Assembly (NCBI GenBank): GCA_964389015.1
Contig: CAYMCR010000003.1
Coordinates: 43,604-107,603 of the forward strand
Direction of reading: 5' to 3'
DNA from: an uncultured Fibrobacteraceae bacterium
GTDB taxonomy: Bacteria; Krumholzibacteriota; Krumholzibacteriia; LZORAL124-64-63
DNA length: 64,000 nt
Shown here: positions 58,758 to 64,000 of the stretch, one piece after another
How positions within the stretch are numbered: the first letter of the stretch is position 1
How the letters are laid out: each line of letters opens with the position of its first letter
The notes under the pieces: model-generated
The model's database searches: none
What the model was told of the DNA's origin: nothing
Seen by the model: the letters and a program-made list of their open reading frames with translations, nothing else
Position numbers and translations under genes: made by a program

Positions 58758-58853
58758 TGCTGTTCGGTAAAAGACCGCCGACATTGCCCGAACCGGTGTT
58801 CAGGCTCGTTTTTGACCGCCACATTTCCTTGACCCACCGACCCCGACCGGAGG

Positions 58854-60944
58854 ATGAAGTTGAAGACCTATGCAATGGACATGATCCGCAACATCGCGTT
58901 GATAGCTCCACACGGGGTCGGCAAGACGAGTCTGGCCGACGCCATGCTCCACGTGGCGGGCAAGGTAGGACGCCGGGGCAACGTGGACGACGGATCCTCG
59001 GTGTTCGACTACTCCGACGAAGAGATCGACAAGAAGCAGACCATGTCCGCCAGTCTGGGCTGGGTCGATGTCGACGAAACCAAGATCAACATCATCGACA
59101 CGCCGGGCGTCAATGACTTCCGCTGCGACATGTACTGCGCCCTCGAAGTCATCGACGGTGTGCTGTTCGGCGTGAAGGCCGACGGAGGTCTCGAGGTCTC
59201 CAGCGACGCCATCTGGCGCATCCTGCGCGAACGCGAGATGCCGACGATGATAGTGCTCACGCGCATGAACAAGGAGCACGCCGATTTCGACAAGGCCGTC
59301 GCCGAGTTCAACGACCACCTCGACGGCACTTCGGTTCCCGTCCAACTGCCCATCGGCAGCGGGGAGGCCTTCAAGGGTGTCGTGGACCTGTTGAGCAACC
59401 AGGCCTTCGAGTTCGACGCCGACGGCAAGCCGCAGCCCGTGGACACTCCCGCCGACCTGACCGATGAGGTCGAGGCCGCGCGCGAGGAACTCATGAACGC
59501 CGCTGCCGAGACCGATGAGGCGCTGATCGAGAAGTTCCTCGAGGAAGGCACTCTCAGCGACGAGGACATCCTGGCCGGCTTGACCACAGGCATGGTCGCA
59601 GGCTCGGTCTATCCGGTCTTCCTGACCGCCGCCGACTCCGAGGTCGGCGTCAAGCTCCTGCTGGACGCCGTGGTCATGCTCATGCCGAGCCCCGCCGTCC
59701 GCACCGAGCTGCAGGGTGTGAAACCCGGCACCGACGAAGAGATGACGGTGGCGATCGGTCCCGACAAGGGTGGGCTGTCCTACGCCTTCAAGTACCAGCG
59801 CGAGGCCCAGGGCGGCGATCAGACCTGGCTCAAGGTCTGGAGTGGCGGCATCAAGTCGGGTGACAATTTCAACACGCCCAAGGGTGACAGCGAGCGTATC
59901 GGTCAGCTGAGTCTGGCCCTGGGCAAGGGGCGCGAGAAGGTCGACGGCGTGGGCGCCGGCGACATCGTCCTGGCCGCCAAGCTGAAGAACAGTCCCACCG
60001 GCACCACCCTCTATACCAATGCCACACAGGTCGAACTGCCGGCGCCGCGCCTACCCAATCCCACCAGCTCCGAAGCGATCACCTCCGCCACGGCCGGTGA
60101 AGAGGACAAGATGGGCATCGGCCTGCACAAGCTCATGGAGGAGGACCCCTCCTTCAAGGTCATCCAGGACGGCGAGCTGAGCCAAACCCTGCTGGTGGGC
60201 CAGGGCGAGATGCACCTGGCGATCGTGCTCGATCGCCTGAAGAAGCAGTTCGGCGTACAGGTCGAGCGTCACAAGCCGCGGGTCGCCTTCAAGGAGACCA
60301 TCAAGACCAAGGTCGAGGTCCAGGGCCGCTACAGGAAACAGACCGGCGGGCGCGGCCAGTTCGGGGACGTTCACCTGCGTCTCGAACCGCTGCCCCGGGG
60401 CGAGGACTTCGAATTCGTGAACGAGATCGTGGGCGGTGTGGTGCCGTCTAAGTTCATCCCCGCCGTGGAGAAGGGCGTCCGCGAGACCATGGCTCGGGGC
60501 GTGGTGGCCGGCTACAAGATGGTCGACATGAGGGTCGCCCTCTACTTCGGCTCCTTCCACCAGGTGGACTCGAGCGAGAACAGCTTCAAGGCCGCCGCGC
60601 GCATCGCCCTGACGAAGGGCGTGCCCGAGGCCAAGCCGACCCTGTTGGAGCCGGTCATGCAGGTTACCATCCGTGTGCCCGAGTCCTACATGGGTGACGT
60701 GATGGGTGACATCTCCGGTCGCCGCGGGCAGCCCCAGGGCATGGAGGCCGAGGGTCCCATCCAGGTGATCAAGGCGCTGGTGCCCCAGGACGAGATGTAT
60801 CAGTACTCGACCACCCTGCGGGCGATGACCCAGGGCACGGGAGAATTCTCCATGGAGTTCCGACACTATGCCGAGGTGCCGGGCGAAGTCGCCAAGCAAC
60901 TCATCGCGGCGTACAAGAAGAGCCGGACCGAGGACGCCGACTGA
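58854..60944 (+). CDS. Elongation factor G paralogue (EF-G2-like)
   Basis: APHGVGKTS, DTPG, QLPIG, LMEEDPS, KQTGGRGQFG, GSFHQVDSS, LLEPVM; lacks RGITI and is outside the str operon. Confidence 0.93.
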   Translation: MKLKTYAMDMIRNIALIAPHGVGKTSLADAMLHVAGKVGRRGNVDDGSSVFDYSDEEIDKKQTMSASLGWVDVDETKINIIDTPGVNDFRCDMYCALEVIDGVLFGVKADGGLEVSSDAIWRILREREMPTMIVLTRMNKEHADFDKAVAEFNDHLDGTSVPVQLPIGSGEAFKGVVDLLSNQAFEFDADGKPQPVDTPADLTDEVEAAREELMNAAAETDEALIEKFLEEGTLSDEDILAGLTTGMVAGSVYPVFLTAADSEVGVKLLLDAVVMLMPSPAVRTELQGVKPGTDEEMTVAIGPDKGGLSYAFKYQREAQGGDQTWLKVWSGGIKSGDNFNTPKGDSERIGQLSLALGKGREKVDGVGAGDIVLAAKLKNSPTGTTLYTNATQVELPAPRLPNPTSSEAITSATAGEEDKMGIGLHKLMEEDPSFKVIQDGELSQTLLVGQGEMHLAIVLDRLKKQFGVQVERHKPRVAFKETIKTKVEVQGRYRKQTGGRGQFGDVHLRLEPLPRGEDFEFVNEIVGGVVPSKFIPAVEKGVRETMARGVVAGYKMVDMRVALYFGSFHQVDSSENSFKAAARIALTKGVPEAKPTLLEPVMQVTIRVPESYMGDVMGDISGRRGQPQGMEAEGPIQVIKALVPQDEMYQYSTTLRAMTQGTGEFSMEFRHYAEVPGEVAKQLIAAYKKSRTEDAD

Positions 60945-60997
60945 TTGCCGCCGCGACGGTGGCAGACCTACCGGTCCCCTAGGGAACAGGAGACGAT

Positions 60998-61753
60998 ATG
61001 TCCGGGCACTCCAAGTGGAGCACGATCAAGCGCAAGAAGGGCGCCAAGGACGCGGCGCGCAGCAAGATCTGGTCGCGCCTCGCGCGCGAGATCATCGTGG
61101 CCGCCAAGATCGACGGCGGCGACCAGGAGGCCAACGCGCGCCTGCGCACGGCCGTGCTTGCGGCCAAGGCCGCCAACATGCCCAACGCCAACATCGACCG
61201 TGCCATCAAGCGCGGCACCGGCGAGATCGAGGGCGCGGTCTACGAGGAGGTCACCTTCGAGGGTTACGGTCCCGGCGGCGTGGCCATCCTGGTGGAGACC
61301 CAGACCGACAACCGCAACCGGACGACCAGCGAGGTCAGGCACGTCTTCACCAAGTTCAACGGCAATCTCGGCACGAACGGCTGCGTCTCGTATCTGTTCG
61401 AGCGCAAGGGGGCCATTACCCTGGACGCGACGCGTGTCGACCTGGAGACAGCCATGGACGCGGCCATTGAGGCGGGTGCGGAAGACGTGGAGGACGAGAA
61501 CGAGGTCATCGTGGTGAGCACCGCCTTCGCCGACTTCAACCAGGTCCTGCAGTCGCTTCAGGACCAGGGGCTGCCGGTGTCCGAATCCGAAATCGTCCAG
61601 GAGCCGAGCACGACCGTCCAGAGTTCGGGCAAGGATGCCGTGACGCTGATGAAGCTGATCACCGCCATGGACGATCTCGACGACGTGTCGCGTGTCTCGG
61701 CCAACTTCGATATCGACGATGTGGAGATGGCCGAAGTACTGGAGCATCTTTGA
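60998..61753 (+). CDS. yebC: YebC/PmpR-family protein
   Basis: MSGHSKWSTIKRKKG, NPxLR-like segment (NARLR), YEGYGPGG-like EGYGPGGVA, TDNRNRT; precedes ruvC. Confidence 0.96.
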   Translation: MSGHSKWSTIKRKKGAKDAARSKIWSRLAREIIVAAKIDGGDQEANARLRTAVLAAKAANMPNANIDRAIKRGTGEIEGAVYEEVTFEGYGPGGVAILVETQTDNRNRTTSEVRHVFTKFNGNLGTNGCVSYLFERKGAITLDATRVDLETAMDAAIEAGAEDVEDENEVIVVSTAFADFNQVLQSLQDQGLPVSESEIVQEPSTTVQSSGKDAVTLMKLITAMDDLDDVSRVSANFDIDDVEMAEVLEHL

Positions 61754-61826
61754 ATCGCGTTGGAGCGTGTGACGGGGGCGACCGTGGCGCCGTCCCCCTT
61801 TGCTTTTAGGGGAGAGCCGCTTCGCG

Positions 61827-62336
61827 ATGATCATTCTCGGCATCGATCCCGGCTCGCGCCGCACCGGCTACGGTGTGATCTCTTCGCACGGCAATCGCTT
61901 CCGCCTGCGCGACGCGGGCACCATCGCGACCCACGCCGGCGCCGCCCTGCCGCGGCGGCTGCGGGTCATCTACGAGTCCCTGGTGACGATCATCGCCGAC
62001 CACGAGCCAGATGTCACCGCCATCGAGGACGTCTTCAACGCCCGCAACGCCCGCAGCTCCCTGATCCTGGGCCAGGCGCGCGGCGCGGCCATGCTGGCGG
62101 CCGCGCTGCGGGACATTACCGTTGCGGAATACGCCCCGCGTGAAGTAAAAATGGCGGTGACGGGCAACGGCGCCGCGACCAAGGAGCAGGTCCGCTTCAT
62201 GGTGCAGCGGTTGCTGGGGCTGGCCAAACCGCCGGCGTCCACGGACGCCAGCGATGCGCTAGGGGTAGCTCTCTGCCACGCCTTGCGCAGCGGCTCGCCG
62301 CTGCTGCCCGTGTCATCGAAAGGCCGCGCCCGATGA
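61827..62336 (+). CDS. ruvC: Crossover junction endodeoxyribonuclease RuvC
   Basis: LGIDPG, AIEDVF, LGQARG, VKMAVTGNGAATKEQV, DASDALGVALCH. Confidence 0.96.
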   Translation: MIILGIDPGSRRTGYGVISSHGNRFRLRDAGTIATHAGAALPRRLRVIYESLVTIIADHEPDVTAIEDVFNARNARSSLILGQARGAAMLAAALRDITVAEYAPREVKMAVTGNGAATKEQVRFMVQRLLGLAKPPASTDASDALGVALCHALRSGSPLLPVSSKGRAR

Positions 62337-62944
62337 TCGCCAGCCTCGAAGGTGTTCTGCAGAGCAGGGGGACGACCTGCGTGATCAACGTGGGTGGTCT
62401 GGGCTTGGCCGTCACCATCACCGCCGGCGCCGCGACCGCGTTGCCGCCGGTCGGCGATACGTTGAAGCTGTGGACGCACCTGGCGGTGCGGGACGACGGC
62501 TGGACCCTTTTCGGTTTCACCGACCCCGACGAATTGACCCTGTTCCGGCTGCTGATCTCGGTCAGCGGCGTCGGCCCGAAACTGGCGCTGGGCATGCTGT
62601 CGGCCGCGACGGCGCCCGCCATCGCGCACGCGCTCCAGACCGGTGACGAGAAGGCGCTGGTCGCCTTGCCGGGCATCGGCCGCAAGAGCGCGGCCCGCTT
62701 GCTCGTGGAACTGGACCAGAAAGTGCCGTCCGCCCTGGTGGCCAGCGGGCCGCAAATCGACAGCGCGTCGACGGCGGCCGCCGACGAACCGCCGAGCATG
62801 GCCGTGGCTCGCGAGCTGCTGGGCGCCATGGGTCTGACGGGAAACCAAGCCGAACGGATCCTGCAAGACGCGGTACACGAGGACCGGGAACTGGCCGCTG
62901 ATCCCGTGCGCTGGGTGCGGGCGGCCCTGCGGCATCTGTCCTGA
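62333..62944 (+). CDS. ruvA: Holliday junction helicase RuvA
   Basis: VRDDGWTLFGF, LISVSGVGPKLAL, LPGIGRKSAARL HhH motifs. Confidence 0.96.
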   Translation: MIASLEGVLQSRGTTCVINVGGLGLAVTITAGAATALPPVGDTLKLWTHLAVRDDGWTLFGFTDPDELTLFRLLISVSGVGPKLALGMLSAATAPAIAHALQTGDEKALVALPGIGRKSAARLLVELDQKVPSALVASGPQIDSASTAAADEPPSMAVARELLGAMGLTGNQAERILQDAVHEDRELAADPVRWVRAALRHLS

Positions 62945-62961
62945 CGAGGAAGGGAAAGCCA

Positions 62962-63999
62962 TTGTCCGAGCGTCGTTGGACGGACCCCAATCTCCAACCA
63001 GGTGACAGCGACCAGGAGCTGAGCCTGCGCCCTCGCAGTCTGGACGAGTTCATCGGCCAGGAGAAGGTGAAGGAGAACCTGCGCGTCTTCATCCGCGCCG
63101 CGCGCGAGCGCGGCGAGGTGCTCGACCACGTCCTGCTCCACGGACCGCCCGGCCTCGGCAAGACGACCCTGGCGGGCATCATCGCCGCCGAGATGGGCCT
63201 GGAACTGCGTATCAGCAGCGGCCCGGTCTTCCAGAACAGCGCCGAGCTGGTGGGCCTGTTGACCCAGCAGGAGGAACCGTCCGCGGTCTTCATCGACGAG
63301 ATCCATCGACTCAGCCGCGTGATCGAGGAATGCCTGTATCCGGCCATGGAGGACCGGCGCATCGAACTGGTGGTCGACAAGGGACCCAATGCCCGCCATT
63401 TCCAGCTCGATCTGCCGCCGTTCACGTTGCTGGGCGCGACCACGCGCGCGGGGATGATCACCGCCGCCCTGCGCTCGCGTTTCGGGATCATCTGCCATCT
63501 GGATTTCTACCCGCCGGACGAGTTGTGTCGCATCGTCGTCCGCTCCGCCCAGGTGCTGGGGATCGGGATCGACGACGAGGGCGCCATGGAACTGGCCCGG
63601 CGGTCGCGTGGCACGCCGCGCGCCGCGAACAGGCTGTTGCGACGTGTGCGCGACTATGCGCAGGTGGCGGGCAAGGACACCATCGACCGGGAAAGCGCCG
63701 ACCATGGGTTGACGCGTCTCGGTGTGGACGCGGTGGGCCTCGAACCGCTGGACAGGCGGTACCTGTCGTTGATCATCGAGCATTTCAGCGGCGGTCCCGT
63801 CGGTATCCAGAACCTGTCCGTGTCCCTGGGCGAGGAGCTCGACACCCTGGAAGACCTGGTCGAGCCCTTCCTGATCCAGGCGGGGTTGTTGAAGCGCACG
63901 CCCCGAGGGCGCGAAGCGACTCCGCACGCCTGGACCCACCTCGGCCTGTCCGCGCCCTCCGCCTCAGATCGGGAGGACCAGCAAGGTGAACTCCTCTGA
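62962..63999 (+). CDS. ruvB: Holliday junction helicase RuvB
   Basis: LRPRSLDEFIGQ, HGPPGLGKTTLA, FIDEIHRL, GATTRAG, LRSRFG, SRGTPR, RTPRGR. Confidence 0.98.
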   Translation: MSERRWTDPNLQPGDSDQELSLRPRSLDEFIGQEKVKENLRVFIRAARERGEVLDHVLLHGPPGLGKTTLAGIIAAEMGLELRISSGPVFQNSAELVGLLTQQEEPSAVFIDEIHRLSRVIEECLYPAMEDRRIELVVDKGPNARHFQLDLPPFTLLGATTRAGMITAALRSRFGIICHLDFYPPDELCRIVVRSAQVLGIGIDDEGAMELARRSRGTPRAANRLLRRVRDYAQVAGKDTIDRESADHGLTRLGVDAVGLEPLDRRYLSLIIEHFSGGPVGIQNLSVSLGEELDTLEDLVEPFLIQAGLLKRTPRGREATPHAWTHLGLSAPSASDREDQQGELL

Positions 64000-64000
64000 G

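Noticed and set aside
56966-58850. Genomic island integrated at tRNA-Leu
   Set aside because: No integrase and no duplicated tRNA 3' end seen downstream

Overview
High-GC (roughly two-thirds by eye, not computed) chromosomal window from a diderm bacterium. The TonB/ExbBD style, T9SS-like C-terminal domain, PorV/PorQ and GWxTD genes suggest an FCB-superphylum lineage such as Krumholzibacteriota, Latescibacterota or Eisenbacteria (inference). Most of the window is housekeeping: truB-ribF-(rmlA-rmlC-cysC)-rpsO-pnp-M16 peptidase, Trk/Ktr K+ uptake, uvrA, gcvT-H-PA-PB with a lipoyl ligase, an Opp-type ABC set, lysC, radC-mreBCD-mrdA-rodA-lgt-aroE, comF/pgk-secG-tRNA-Leu, an EF-G paralogue and yebC-ruvCAB. 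I found no rRNA, CRISPR array, integrase or transposase. The main candidate for an undescribed system is the co-oriented envelope locus at 28.7-44.9 kb: TonB-dependent barrel, protein with a T9SS-like C-terminal domain, PorV/PorQ-family barrel, two divergent GWxTD proteins, ExbB-ExbD-ExbD-TonB, TolC, an orphan ABC ATPase and another barrel. Other notable items: a strongly paired rpsO leader, a pseudoknot-capable RNA upstream of a lysine-repeat histone-like gene, comF running in frame into pgk, an EF-G paralogue with a TRMN G4 motif, and a multi-repeat lipoprotein paired with a barrel. Product names come from motif recognition only; no database search was run.
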